This document shows positions 20,080-31,581 of a stretch of 64,000 nt of DNA, in pieces. Source of the DNA: a virus (taxonomy: Duplodnaviria > Caudoviricetes); the IMG/VR virus record IMGVR_UViG_3300029305_001134, positions 36,080 to 100,079 of that record; one strand, 5' to 3'. The position numbers were made by a program, and so were the translations under genes. The notes below the pieces were generated by a model that saw only the letters and a list, made by a program, of their open reading frames with translations, was not told the origin of the DNA and ran no database searches. Position 1 is the first letter of the stretch. The number at the start of each line of letters is the position of its first letter.

Positions 20080-21297
20080 AATGTAGGACTCGATAATTGT
20101 TTTTCAGGGAATATTTATCGAGATATGTTTGATTTTCCAGACTTATTTCCACTCGGTATATATGGTCTAGAAGGAGAATCATACTTGGATGGAGGTTATT
20201 AAATGACAGGAAAGGAATTAATCTTCTATATTTTAAACAACAATTTGACGAACATACCAGTATTTATGGATAATAGAATATTAGGTTTGTTAACAATAGA
20301 ACAAGCAGCTATTAAGCGAAATGTCGGTACAGCCACAATCACAGCATATATCATGATGAAACGTGTTGATTTTATTACAGTCAACGGTATGACATTCATT
20401 ATCGATAACGATAGATTGAAAAATGCTTGAGAGGTGATATAGTGATGGATAATAAACTCCCAAAAATAACTTATGCATTTGTAACACTTGCTGGGGTTTG
20501 TTTCGTAAGTGGACTTGCCATATTAACTAAATAAAAACAAAGGGAGTTGGGTTCTTATGAATCGGTTAGAAGGGATCATGGCGTCACTCGAATATTTATT
20601 AGGCAATAAACGTAAGCGTCATATTATGGGAGGTGTTCTTATGAGTACCTCTCTTTTGTTTGCGGGTTTAGCTATCACTATTATTACGTTAAAATTAGAA
20701 GAAAGGGAAATGGAAAGCGAAGATGAAGATGAATCATTTATTGAATAAAAGTATTATATTCGCTGTTGGGGCCGCTATCGGCTCCGCAGTTACTTGGGCG
20801 ATTGTAAAAAACAAATACAAAAAACTTGCTCAGGAAGATATTGAAGCTGTCAGAGAGTTTTATAAAGATAAATATAAGAACTGTACTGGCGGAACAGAAG
20901 AATTAAAAGAAGAAACTGAAGACGCTGAAGATGAAGATGAAGAAATCGATGATAGTGATATTCCAGACGAGTATTACGAATCTTATAAATCAGTGTTAAA
21001 ATCAAATAAATACAGTCCAGAAGAGGAGGATGATGAGGAAATGGATAAATTCGAGGTGCTTTCACCAGAAGAATATGAAGAATGTGATTACCCTACGATT
21101 TCATTGACATATTACAAAGACGGGATTCTAACTAACGACAGAGGTAAAATTATTAGAAATGTAGATGAAGTTGTTGGTAAAGGGTCTCTTGGTAGATTTG
21201 GAGAATATGAAGAAGATAGTGTATTCGTAGCAGACCATGACTTACGAGTTGTATACGAAATTCTTAGAGACTACGATAACTTCCTGGAGCGTGATTA

Positions 21298-21837
21298 ATG
21301 GGAAATAAAAGTTTAGAGCAACAATATTTCGATTGGCTGTATAAAACCGTATGCGAGGGACGATATTCGAAAGAGCGTACTTATCGAAAATTATTTACTG
21401 CTCTACACGATATCGACTTCACATATATTATTCCAAATGACAGCAATCGAGCAGATGACGGTAAGCAGCTTCGACGTCGTTTTGCTATTGATATTCTTAA
21501 CGATGAGGAAGCAGAACATAAAATACTAGGACCATGTAGCGTACTCGAAATGATGATAGCTCTTGCTATTAGATGTGAAACTATTATGGATGATCCTGAG
21601 TATGGCGATAGAACGAAACAATGGTTCTGGCAGATGATTACTAATCTAGAACTCGGTGGGCTACACGATGATAGTTTTGATATTCATTATGTAGAAAGCA
21701 CTATAGCTAGATTTCTTAATCGTGATATCGAACCGGATGGGCGTGGCGGATTATTTATCGTCAAGAACTGTGAACAGGATTTACGAGATATGGAAATATG
21801 GAATCAATTAATGAGATGGCTAGATAACGTCTATTAA
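21298..21837 (+). CDS. Phage protein upstream of the primase
   Basis: NRADDG, CSVLEMMIALAIRCE, GRGGLF, EIWNQL motifs. Confidence 0.75.
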   Translation: MGNKSLEQQYFDWLYKTVCEGRYSKERTYRKLFTALHDIDFTYIIPNDSNRADDGKQLRRRFAIDILNDEEAEHKILGPCSVLEMMIALAIRCETIMDDPEYGDRTKQWFWQMITNLELGGLHDDSFDIHYVESTIARFLNRDIEPDGRGGLFIVKNCEQDLRDMEIWNQLMRWLDNVY

Positions 21838-21877
21838 ACTAATTAGGAGCTGAGAAAAATGAAAGGGGAATAAAAAC

Positions 21878-24646
21878 GTGCTTGACTTTTTAATAATTTC
21901 AACACGTCCTACGAGAAATGGCATCGAGATTTACCCAAACTGGCGAATGTATCCCAAAAGTAAAGACCTTATGATTCGAGGTGGGGATTTCTACGCGGTT
22001 TGGGTTGAAGAACTTGGACTTTGGTCTACGAATGAAGATGATGTTTTTAAACTCGTGGACCGTGAGTTAGACAGATATGTGAATGAACACACAGACAAAT
22101 TCGATGGACATCCTAGAATTTTGTATATGTGGGATTCTCAATCCGGTATGGTTGATTCGTTTCATAAGTATTGTCAAAAACAGATGAGAGATTCTTATGA
22201 AGTATTAGATGAGGAATTGATATTTTCTAATACTGAAACAAAACGAGAAAACTATGCCAGTAAAAAACTTGAATATCCTCTCGAAGTAGGGAGTATCACA
22301 GCGTACGATAAGCTTATTGGTACTTTATATTCTCCAGAGGAAAGACATAAACTCGAATGGGCTATCGGAGCTATCGTATCAGGAGATTCGAGATACATTC
22401 AGAAGTTTATGGTATTGTATGGTGCAGCCGGAACAGGTAAATCTACAATTTTAAATATTATTCAGAAACTTTTTAACGGTTATTATGCGGTGTTCGATGC
22501 TAAGGCGTTGGGCTCGTCTAATAACCGTTTTGCTTTGGGTGCATTTTCGAATAACCCATTAGTGGCGATTCAGCATGACGGTGATTTGTCCAGAATTGAA
22601 GACAACACGATTCTTAACTCGTTAGTATCTCACGAAGAAATGCCTGTAGATGAGAAATTCAAGAGACCGTATGTAACTCGATTCAAATGTTTCTTATTTA
22701 TGGGTACGAATAAACACGTAAAGATTACTGACGGTAAATCTGGTTTGTTGAGACGTCTGATTGATGTTTCTCCTACTGGAAATAAAGTTAGTCCTGAAGA
22801 ATACGAAAGATTGATCGGACAGGTTGATTTTGAGTTAGGTGCTATCGCTCAGCATTGTTTGGACGTTTATAATGATGATCCAGATTTCTATGACGATTAT
22901 ATTCCAACATCAATGATTGAAGCCTCTAACGATTTTCATAACTTCATTATCGATTCGTATGATGTTTTTAAGAAAGAAGATGGAACAACACTTAAAGCTG
23001 CATGGGAAATGTATAAAACCTATTGTGAAGAAGCTAGAGTACCTTATCCGTTTTCTAAGAGAAACTTTCAGGAGGAATTGAAGAACTATTTTAAGAATTT
23101 CGATAGAACATACGAAGATGAAAACGGTAATACTCTGAGACAGTATTATAGCGTGTTCAATATGAAGTTATTGAGGGAGTTCGAGAAAGAGGTAGTTTAT
23201 AGCGATAAGAAAGAAGAACCTAAACAAATCGAGAAAAAGAAGAGTTGGTTGGAGTTTAATTGTACAACTTCACTATTCGATGAGGAGTATAAAGATTGCC
23301 CTGCTCAATATGCTAATTCAGCTGGAACGCCTAATAAAAAATGGGAAGATGTTAAAACAACGTTAGGAATGCTCGATACAAGTAAAGTTCACTATGTAAA
23401 AGTCCCTGAAGTTCATATCGTAGCGGATTTTGATCTCAAGGATGAAACTGGTGAGAAATCATTCGAGTTGAACTACGAAGCGGCTAGTAAATGGCCCGCT
23501 ACATATGCCGAACTAAGTAAAAGTGGTGCGGGTATTCATTTACATTATATTTATACTGGCGATGTATCGCAGCTCAGTAGAATTTACGATGATGATATTG
23601 AAATCAAAGTATTCACGGGCGGTAGTTCGCTGAGACGTAGATTAAGTAAATGTAATGATATTCCGATTGCTACTATTAGTTCTGGTTTACCTTTAAAGGA
23701 GGTGAAAGGAAATATGATGAATTTTGATGGCATTCAGAGTGAGAAAGCTTTACGTACTCTCCTCAAACGCCATTTGAATAAAGAAATTATGGGATTTACA
23801 AAACCCAGCGTTGATATGATTTACAAGATTTTAAATGAAGCATACGAAAGTGGCGTTGGGTATGATGTTAGCGACTTACAGGATGCTGTTTATGCTTTGG
23901 CTATGAGTAGTTCGAATCAGGCTAACGCTTGTATCAAAATGGTTAATCAGATGAAGTTTAAGTCTGAAGAGGCTAATGAGACGATAAATGATAGTGGAGA
24001 TGATAGATTGATATTTTATGACGTGGAAGTGTTTCCTAATTTGTTCTTGGTTAACTGGAAAGTCCAAGGTGAAGGAAAGAAAGTTGTTCGTATGATCAAC
24101 CCAAAACCACATGAGATTGAGGAATTGATTAAACATAAGCTTGTGGGCTTTAACAATTTAAATTATGACAATCATATGATTTATGGCTGTTTAATGGGAT
24201 ATTCAAACGAAGAATTATACAGATTGTCGCAACGTTTGGTTAGTAACGATAAAGAGTTACAAAGAAATTCAAAATTCAGCGAGGCATATAACTTATCGTA
24301 TACAGATGTTTATGATTTTTCAGCTAAGAAACAAAGTTTAAAGAAATGGGAAATTGAACTTGGTATAAAACATCATGAATTAGGACTTGATTGGGATAAA
24401 CCAGTACCGGAAGAAATGTGGGAAAAAGTAGCCGAATATTGTGACTCAGACGTTGTGGCAACGGAAGCTGTATTTAACAATAGACATGCTGACTGGGTGA
24501 CTAGACAAATTTTAGCCAAATTATCCGGGTTAACGGTAAACGAAACTAATCGTAGACATATCAATAGATATATTTTTGGTACAAACAGAAAACCTGAGTT
24601 GCTATATACAGATTTAGCTACAGGTGAACAATTCCCAGGGAGGTGA
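21878..24646 (+). CDS. SF3 helicase / primase / 3'-5' exonuclease fusion (N-terminal part of a split DNA polymerase)
   Basis: Walker A GAAGTGKST; DFD and SKSGAGIHLHY primase motifs; Exo motifs FYDVE, FNNLNYD, YCDSD. Confidence 0.85.
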   Translation: MLDFLIISTRPTRNGIEIYPNWRMYPKSKDLMIRGGDFYAVWVEELGLWSTNEDDVFKLVDRELDRYVNEHTDKFDGHPRILYMWDSQSGMVDSFHKYCQKQMRDSYEVLDEELIFSNTETKRENYASKKLEYPLEVGSITAYDKLIGTLYSPEERHKLEWAIGAIVSGDSRYIQKFMVLYGAAGTGKSTILNIIQKLFNGYYAVFDAKALGSSNNRFALGAFSNNPLVAIQHDGDLSRIEDNTILNSLVSHEEMPVDEKFKRPYVTRFKCFLFMGTNKHVKITDGKSGLLRRLIDVSPTGNKVSPEEYERLIGQVDFELGAIAQHCLDVYNDDPDFYDDYIPTSMIEASNDFHNFIIDSYDVFKKEDGTTLKAAWEMYKTYCEEARVPYPFSKRNFQEELKNYFKNFDRTYEDENGNTLRQYYSVFNMKLLREFEKEVVYSDKKEEPKQIEKKKSWLEFNCTTSLFDEEYKDCPAQYANSAGTPNKKWEDVKTTLGMLDTSKVHYVKVPEVHIVADFDLKDETGEKSFELNYEAASKWPATYAELSKSGAGIHLHYIYTGDVSQLSRIYDDDIEIKVFTGGSSLRRRLSKCNDIPIATISSGLPLKEVKGNMMNFDGIQSEKALRTLLKRHLNKEIMGFTKPSVDMIYKILNEAYESGVGYDVSDLQDAVYALAMSSSNQANACIKMVNQMKFKSEEANETINDSGDDRLIFYDVEVFPNLFLVNWKVQGEGKKVVRMINPKPHEIEELIKHKLVGFNNLNYDNHMIYGCLMGYSNEELYRLSQRLVSNDKELQRNSKFSEAYNLSYTDVYDFSAKKQSLKKWEIELGIKHHELGLDWDKPVPEEMWEKVAEYCDSDVVATEAVFNNRHADWVTRQILAKLSGLTVNETNRRHINRYIFGTNRKPELLYTDLATGEQFPGR

Positions 24647-24650
24647 GTAA

Positions 24651-25286
24651 ATGTTTTTTGAAGATGAGAATGATAGATATCAATATTTTCCACCACAATA
24701 CGTTTTCGGCGACGATTGTTATATACCGGATGAATATATGGAAGAAAAATGGTGGTATATGGATAATAATGACCCAAACTATATGATAAGTAATTACGGC
24801 AGAGTCTATTCGACTAAAACACGTCGATTCGTGAAGCCTAAAAAAATGGATAGAGAAGGCCATTTAGGAGTAGGATTATGTCGTGACGGTAAACGATTCT
24901 ATAGATATTTACATAGATTAATAGCAGAAGTCTTTATTCCTAATCCACATAATTATCCGATAGTACGACATCTTGACGATAATAAAGAAAATAATGATAT
25001 TGAAAATTTAGCTTGGGGAACACAAAAAGATAATATGCGTGATGCTGTTCGTAATGGGCGTAACCACAGGTTTACTGCCGAAGATAGAGAAAAAAATCTC
25101 GAAATACAGAGAATTCCCATCAGAGCGATCAATTTGGATACTGGTGAAGAAATAGTATTTAGAAGTCAATCGGAAGCTGCTAGAGAATTAGGTATTTATC
25201 AAGCAAATATTTGGAAAGTTCTTAATGGACAGCGTAATAAAACATGCGGATATTATTTCGAGTATTTAGAAAAACGAGGTGTGTGA
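24651..25286 (+). CDS. NUMOD4-HNH-NUMOD1 homing endonuclease
   Basis: YMISNYGRV; HRLIA; VRHLDDNKENNDIENL; SQSEAARELG. Confidence 0.9.
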   Translation: MFFEDENDRYQYFPPQYVFGDDCYIPDEYMEEKWWYMDNNDPNYMISNYGRVYSTKTRRFVKPKKMDREGHLGVGLCRDGKRFYRYLHRLIAEVFIPNPHNYPIVRHLDDNKENNDIENLAWGTQKDNMRDAVRNGRNHRFTAEDREKNLEIQRIPIRAINLDTGEEIVFRSQSEAARELGIYQANIWKVLNGQRNKTCGYYFEYLEKRGV

Positions 25287-25287
25287 G

Positions 25288-26625
25288 ATGAGTGAATATG
25301 TTAACGCATTTCCAGGCTACGAATTTAAATATGTAGAAGGATTTAAGACCAAACAGAATATGTATCGTGGAACTAACTTAGGGTTCGGTGGATACGTATA
25401 TTATGAAGAAGGCGCATATAGAAACGTTGCACTTCTTGATGTTCAATCCCTTCACCCAGCTTCAATTATCTCTCTGAACAAATTTGGTAAATATACCGAC
25501 AAATATCGAGAATTGCGTGATTTGAGAATTGCAATCAAAGAGCATGATCTCGATAGAGCTAGAAAGATGATGGGGGGAGCTTTAGCGGATTTTCTGAATA
25601 ACGAGGAGGAAGCCGACCAATTAGCACAAGCCGCCAAATTGATATTAAATTCGACCTATGGCTTTTGTTCAGCAACATTCGAAAACCCTTTTAAAGATTC
25701 GAGAGATTCAAATAATATCGTAGCCCTGAAAGGCGCGCTGATGATGCGAACATTACAAGATGAGGTTCAAAAAAGAGGGTTTACTGTAGCTCACATCAAG
25801 ACCGATAGTATAAAGATACCAGATGCTACTCCAGAAATCGTAGAATTTGTTATGGAATTCGCTAAACCTTATGGATACGTTTTCGAATTCGAAGCATTAT
25901 ACGACCGAATGTGTTTAGTTAATGGTAGTACTTATATCGCTAAGTATGCATCTCCAGAAACTTGTGAAAAAATTCACGGAAGAGTCCCTAAAGATAATAG
26001 AAAACATCCTAATGAATGGACAGCTACAGCCAAACAATTTCAAGTGCCATATGTATTTAAAACATTATTTAGCAAAGAACCAATCGAATTTAACGATTTA
26101 TGTGAGACGTTCGAAGTTAAAGCTGGTGTTCTGAATCTGGATATGAACGAAAATCTAACTGACGTATCGGTGTATGAAACTGAGTATGAAAAATTAGAGG
26201 ACAAATATAAAAAGGGTCAATTATCCGATACAACTTTCGAAAGCGAATGTCAAAGATTGAATGACTTAATCGCTGAAGGACATAATTATCGTTTTATCGG
26301 TAGGGTAGGTAGATTCTGTCCTGTACTACCTGGTAGTAATGGTGGGGTTCTGTATCGTAAACAGAATAATAAATATTATGCTGCTACCGGTTCAAAAGGA
26401 TTTAGATGGTTGGAAGCGGAGACTGTAGATTTATTAGATAAAAAAGATCAAATCGATAAATCGTATTATCATAAATTGGTAGATGATGCTGTCGAAGCTA
26501 TCTCTAAATATTGTGATTTTGAACAATTTGTCTCCGATGACCCTTACATACCAGAACCAAAAGAACCAGTATACGATTGGATGAACATTCCAGAAGATGC
26601 ACCAGAGGAGTTACCATTCGACTAA
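25288..26625 (+). CDS. Family B DNA polymerase catalytic part
   Basis: DVQSLHP (motif A), KLILNSTYG (motif B), HIKTDSI (motif C). Confidence 0.88.
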   Translation: MSEYVNAFPGYEFKYVEGFKTKQNMYRGTNLGFGGYVYYEEGAYRNVALLDVQSLHPASIISLNKFGKYTDKYRELRDLRIAIKEHDLDRARKMMGGALADFLNNEEEADQLAQAAKLILNSTYGFCSATFENPFKDSRDSNNIVALKGALMMRTLQDEVQKRGFTVAHIKTDSIKIPDATPEIVEFVMEFAKPYGYVFEFEALYDRMCLVNGSTYIAKYASPETCEKIHGRVPKDNRKHPNEWTATAKQFQVPYVFKTLFSKEPIEFNDLCETFEVKAGVLNLDMNENLTDVSVYETEYEKLEDKYKKGQLSDTTFESECQRLNDLIAEGHNYRFIGRVGRFCPVLPGSNGGVLYRKQNNKYYAATGSKGFRWLEAETVDLLDKKDQIDKSYYHKLVDDAVEAISKYCDFEQFVSDDPYIPEPKEPVYDWMNIPEDAPEELPFD

Positions 26626-26909
26626 TGACATTACAAGACAAAATCGACAGATTACAACGAATAATAATTTTACATTCTTATATTTACTACGAACTTAACG
26701 ATAACGTAATCTCAGATCGAGAGTATGACCTTAAATCAAAAGAACTAGTTAAATATAAGAATGACTATCCAGATTTATGGAGGAACTCCGAGTATTATAA
26801 ACAATTTGGAGACGATTATAACGGGTCAACTGGCTTCTCGTTATATCGTGATTTGAATAAACATCAACAAGCCATTATACGCTGCATAGCGAATTACAGA
26901 CATCAATAA
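26625..26909 (+). CDS. Stand-alone NAD-dependent ligase domain Ia-like protein
   Basis: HSYIYYELNDNVISDREYD matches the LigA N-terminal YY..D.P.ISD.EYD pattern. Confidence 0.65.
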   Translation: MTLQDKIDRLQRIIILHSYIYYELNDNVISDREYDLKSKELVKYKNDYPDLWRNSEYYKQFGDDYNGSTGFSLYRDLNKHQQAIIRCIANYRHQ

Positions 26910-26923
26910 AGGAGATTATATTT

Positions 26924-27421
26924 ATGAAAATGACATTTGGACCAAGAGACAGAGTAGAAATCGATGACGCTAGAATTTGTCGTAGACATTTCGGAGGACG
27001 TGACGACGGTAGATATAACGCGGAGGGAGATCATAACTTTACTCTGATTATTCCTAATATGGAAATGGCTGACGCACTTATGGAACGCGGATACGCTGTA
27101 TCTGTCAAACCACCGCAGGACGAATATGACGAGCCGTTCATAACTTTGAAAGTAAAAATATATGCAAATAAAGAAACCGGGGATGTCGAATTCGACACTA
27201 TCGTTAAATCCAGAGGTAATATTCAGCGCCTTACAAACGTTGATGAATTTGATATGCTCGACAGAATCGAATTTGCTAAGGTAGACCTGGATATTAAACC
27301 TCGTGACTGGACATACGGTAAGAGAAGCGGACGTACAGCACTTCTTGACGGTATTTGGGTAGAACAGAACGTTAACAGATTTCAGCGTAGACTTGCTGAA
27401 GAAGAGTATCCAGAGGAGTAA
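26924..27421 (+). CDS. Putative ssDNA-binding protein
   Basis: Position after the polymerase; acidic tail EEEYPEE. Confidence 0.6.
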   Translation: MKMTFGPRDRVEIDDARICRRHFGGRDDGRYNAEGDHNFTLIIPNMEMADALMERGYAVSVKPPQDEYDEPFITLKVKIYANKETGDVEFDTIVKSRGNIQRLTNVDEFDMLDRIEFAKVDLDIKPRDWTYGKRSGRTALLDGIWVEQNVNRFQRRLAEEEYPEE

Positions 27422-27712
27422 TTATGAGAAGATTTATTGTATATTTAGTTCGTAAGAGATTAGGAGTTAAGAAGTTCCAGAACTTTAGATTCACTAATCA
27501 GAAAGATAAAGCCGTGTATTACTTCACCAACTACGAATTAAAGAAAGTCGAATATATTGGCGAGGGTGACAATATGCAGGAACGAGTTTCCTATTCAAAC
27601 GCGAGTCTTAATTGGCTTATTAACGATGACTGCAAAGTCGAAATCGTAGAATCAACTCGCGAGTAAAACACGTTATATTATGAGAGATAACTAAATATCT
27701 GGAGGGATTGTC

Positions 27713-27835
27713 ATGAACAAAAATATGTTTAAAGAAATGATTGATCATCCGATTGCAACATTCTTTGTAGTAGGAGTGTTGGTGGATGGAGTATCAATTC
27801 TGGCGCATAACTTAGCGAATGTATTCCGAAAGTAG
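27713..27835 (+). CDS. 40-aa TM cassette peptide (not in ORF track)
   Basis: GGAGG RBS; motif at 27657; hairpin GGGCTCGGC/GCTGGGTCC. Confidence 0.65.
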   Translation: MNKNMFKEMIDHPIATFFVVGVLVDGVSILAHNLANVFRK

Positions 27836-27983
27836 TTTGGTTATTATGAAAGGGCTCGGCTTAAACGCTGGGTCCTTTCTTTTTAATTTTGAGCTATGTG
27901 ATAAATTGCGTAGCGTTATTTTAGTAGCATTCTTCTCCGACACTTAGCCATTGGACAAAACTAACGTAAAGGGCGTGTCCACC

Positions 27984-28454
27984 ATGAGAGTAGTCAAATA
28001 TCGTACCAAACTTACTGAGGATCAAAAAGCTGTATTAGAAAAAGAGATTAGTGTTAACTGTCCTGAAGTGAACAGAAAAATGAATAGTCCGGAAGCAGCT
28101 GTTGGATTAGGTAAGTATTATCTAAAAATGCAGGAACAGACAGAGGAATACCTTTACATGCTTTGTCTGAATGTGAAATTAGAAATGACTGGCGTATTCG
28201 AATTGTCTCATGGAAATGTTAATAGTTCGATTGTAAGTGTTAGAGAAATGTTTCAAAAGGCACTACTCGCAAATGCTGTATCGATTATAGTAATGCACAA
28301 CCATCCGAGTGGTGACCCAACTCCTAGCCGAGAAGATATTCAAGTGACTAGAAGAATGAAAGATGCTGGAGAATTATTAGGTGTTCAGGTTTTGGACCAT
28401 ATCATTATCGGTCGACCTGGATACACAAGTTTGAAAGAGAAAGGATATTTGTAG
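27984..28454 (+). CDS. radC: RadC-like JAB domain protein
   Basis: HNHPSGDPTPSRED...LDHIIIG. Confidence 0.9.
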   Translation: MRVVKYRTKLTEDQKAVLEKEISVNCPEVNRKMNSPEAAVGLGKYYLKMQEQTEEYLYMLCLNVKLEMTGVFELSHGNVNSSIVSVREMFQKALLANAVSIIVMHNHPSGDPTPSREDIQVTRRMKDAGELLGVQVLDHIIIGRPGYTSLKEKGYL

Positions 28455-29925
28455 GGTAAGATTTATGAAATTGTTTGTTACGAAAAAGAAATTAATTAAA
28501 CATTTAGCAGAAGAATTGGCATATTTACAGATTAGAGCTGACTGGTGGTATTACTGTTTCCCAAACGATGTGGTAGATAAGGAAAACAATATAACAAAAC
28601 AGGATATGTCATCTAGTGCGTTAGATCTAGTTACAGAAGTAAGAAACATTGCAAAACGTTTGGATATTCTGAAAGAAGTATATGAAGAGGCTTACAAAAC
28701 TTCACGAAAATGCAGTAAACGAACTTAAATCACTATTCGATTCGTATGTTAATGCTGGGTTCACGAGATTAGAAGCTTTACATTTAGCGTCGACTATGTT
28801 ATCCAGTGCTGTGAAAAATGTTAATTAAGAAAGGAATAAAAATATGGGAATTTGGCAGGTTATTTGGTTAGGATTAATGATGCTATCTTTAGGGATTAAT
28901 TTGGCCCATCACGGTAGACCGAAGACAGGTAAAGATAATTTCTGGTATGCGCTTGTTGGTTTTGGTATACATTTCGTGATTTTATATTATGGCGGATTCT
29001 TTAGATAGGAGGTGCTTATGACTTATACAACATGGGATGAAATGCTTAAAGCGGCTGTCGACATCGAATGTATTACCGGTATGACTTTACCGGAATTACG
29101 AAATAAATTCGCGGCGGGTTATACATTACAGGCACCAAAAGTAAAATACGGATTGTGTCCAGAACATGAAAGCGATTTGGAACTCCTTCCCAGATGAAGA
29201 TAAACCCGAGTGGCTAACTTGGGATGAATTATTAGAGTACGAGAGGGAAATGACATGAAACGAAAAGTAGATATGATCGAAAATGAAATTGCGAGAATGA
29301 GAGATTCGTTGGAAGAAGAGACATACGGACTTAATCGATACGATCCTGAGTATGATATTTGTATGGCTAAGATAACTCTCTGCGAACAATTTCTGAGTTA
29401 TATCGATAGTTTAGGTAGGAGAAAGTGATTATGGCACGAGAAGATAGACGAGCTTTAAATGTAGGAGAATTAATCGAGGAGTTACAGAAGTACCCGAAAG
29501 ATATGATTGTGGCTAAAGCGCCGTATTTACCTATTTGGGGTGTAAAAACGGACAGATTCTTGGTAGATCATAGGGATTTAGGTGGAGATTGTGATAAAGA
29601 AGTTGATGTCGTGGTAGTTTGGTAGGAAGGAGATAAAATATGATTCCGAAACAGTTTACAAAAGAATTTATGGCATATGTCGAAGAAATGCTCAGTTCAA
29701 ACGATCAAAAACTGACTGGTGATATCACTAGCGGTTATAGATATGGCGAACCGACACGATTAACTATTAAAAAAGTTATATTTAACAACCCAGCTACAAT
29801 TATTTTATGGAGTGATAAAACTAAAACCGTAGTAAAAAACGATGACCGAGAATGTTTTGATCCAGAAAAAGGAATGGCTATGGCTATTTGCAAGAAAGTA
29901 ATGGGCAACAAAGGTAACTATTATA

Positions 29926-31188
29926 ATGAGTTTAAGAAGTGGGTTGATACGAGTGGAAAGTAAAAAGAAACCCGATTTTCTCTATCCACACCAAAAAGAC
30001 GCACTTACTCGAATGTTTAACGGTTGTATACTGAATGGCGGCACCGGAAGTGGCAAGAGTCGAACTGGTTTATATTACTATTTCGAAAAAAATGGAGGCA
30101 GTATAGACCCGGACTATAAACCTATGAAATATAGACCGCCGGATATGTATATCATAACAACAGCTAAAAAGAGGAATGATATGGAGTGGGAACAAGAATT
30201 ATCACATTTTCGTATATCTTCTGATTTCAAACTTAACGGGTTATACGGCAATCATGTTGTTATCGACAGTTGGCAAAATATTAAGAAATACGTAAATGTT
30301 ACCGGGGCTCAATTTATATTCGATGAGGATAAAGTTTGCGGTAATGGTGTATGGGTTAAGAGTTTCCTCAAAATAGCTAGAAACAATGAATGGATTATTC
30401 TAAGTGCCACGGCTGGAGATAAGTGGGAAGATTTCATACCAGTATTTATTGCTAATGGCTTCTACAAAAACAGAACAGAATTCAGCAATGAGCATTTGGT
30501 ATATTCTAGATTCGCTAAATACCCCCAAGTGACTGGATATATGAACGAAGGTAGATTAATACGATTACGAAATAAAATCCTTATTGATATGGACTTTGAA
30601 CGACATACTGTCCAGCATCATGAGGATATTTTTGTGCGCTACGATACAAGTAAGTATAGACAAGCTATTCGTGATAGATGGGACCCTTATAGAAACGAAC
30701 CGATACAACAAGCTTCCGGATTATGTCATGTTTTACGACGAATAGTGAACTCTGATGAATCTCGTCAAGTAGCATTATTAGAATTACTGGACGATCATCC
30801 AAAAGCTATAATCTTCTACAACCACGATTTCGAGCTTGATATTTTGTTGAATCTTGCGTATCCCGAAGGAACTGTTGTAGCGCAGTATAACGGTCACAAA
30901 CACGAAAAAATACCCGATAGCGATCGATGGGTATACTTGACTCAATATACTGCGGGTTGTGAAGGATGGAATAACACTGATACGGACACAATTATATTTT
31001 ATAGTCAGAATTATTCGTATAAAGTTATGATTCAAGCTGCGGGTAGAATCGATAGATTAAATACCAAATTCAAAGATTTATATTATTATCATTTACGCTC
31101 ACGCTCGGGTATTGATTTGGCGATTACGAAAGCTCTTAATAACAAAAAGAAATTCAACGAATCACGATGGTGCAAATGGAATAAATAA
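29926..31188 (+). CDS. SF2 helicase (true start possibly GTG at 29953)
   Basis: LYPHQ, GTGSGKS, FDE, SAT, QAAGRIDR. Confidence 0.88.
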   Translation: MSLRSGLIRVESKKKPDFLYPHQKDALTRMFNGCILNGGTGSGKSRTGLYYYFEKNGGSIDPDYKPMKYRPPDMYIITTAKKRNDMEWEQELSHFRISSDFKLNGLYGNHVVIDSWQNIKKYVNVTGAQFIFDEDKVCGNGVWVKSFLKIARNNEWIILSATAGDKWEDFIPVFIANGFYKNRTEFSNEHLVYSRFAKYPQVTGYMNEGRLIRLRNKILIDMDFERHTVQHHEDIFVRYDTSKYRQAIRDRWDPYRNEPIQQASGLCHVLRRIVNSDESRQVALLELLDDHPKAIIFYNHDFELDILLNLAYPEGTVVAQYNGHKHEKIPDSDRWVYLTQYTAGCEGWNNTDTDTIIFYSQNYSYKVMIQAAGRIDRLNTKFKDLYYYHLRSRSGIDLAITKALNNKKKFNESRWCKWNK

Positions 31189-31245
31189 ATCCGCGAAAAA
31201 TTCATAGTCCTTTATAGAAAAATAAAATCTATAGGAGGATTATAC

Positions 31246-31581
31246 ATGAACGAATTATTATCAAAAATTAATGACATTGGGATGGAATTGACTCGCTTGT
31301 ACGATGAGATCGGAGAAATGGAAGAAGAGCGTAGATTCATTTATAGAAACTATGAATTCAGCTATAAGAAGAATCGAGAGACTTATGAAAGATATTGGAA
31401 CTTAGATAAAGCTATCGATCGTAAAAAAGAATTAGTTGAATATCTGAAACACAAAAGAGAACTACTTCGATGTTCATATAGAAGATCACGCGTAGGTTAT
31501 GAGTATTATAATCCATTATCCGAAACGGATATTCGAGATATCATTCATGCGGATGGATCTATTATTGGATTTAAATTATAA
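31246..31581 (+). CDS. Cassette hypothetical protein
   Basis: Motif at 31191, AGGAGG RBS, hairpin GAGTCTGAGC/GCTTGGGCTC. Confidence 0.75.
   Translation: MNELLSKINDIGMELTRLYDEIGEMEEERRFIYRNYEFSYKKNRETYERYWNLDKAIDRKKELVEYLKHKRELLRCSYRRSRVGYEYYNPLSETDIRDIIHADGSIIGFKL

Noticed and set aside
12794-21861. 15-nt GAGCTGAGAAAAATG shared by sRNA 4 and the primase leader
   Set aside because: A few 15-mer matches are expected by chance in 64 kb
24647-25287. Group I intron or intein in the polymerase
   Set aside because: No non-coding space for core helices and no intein terminal motifs
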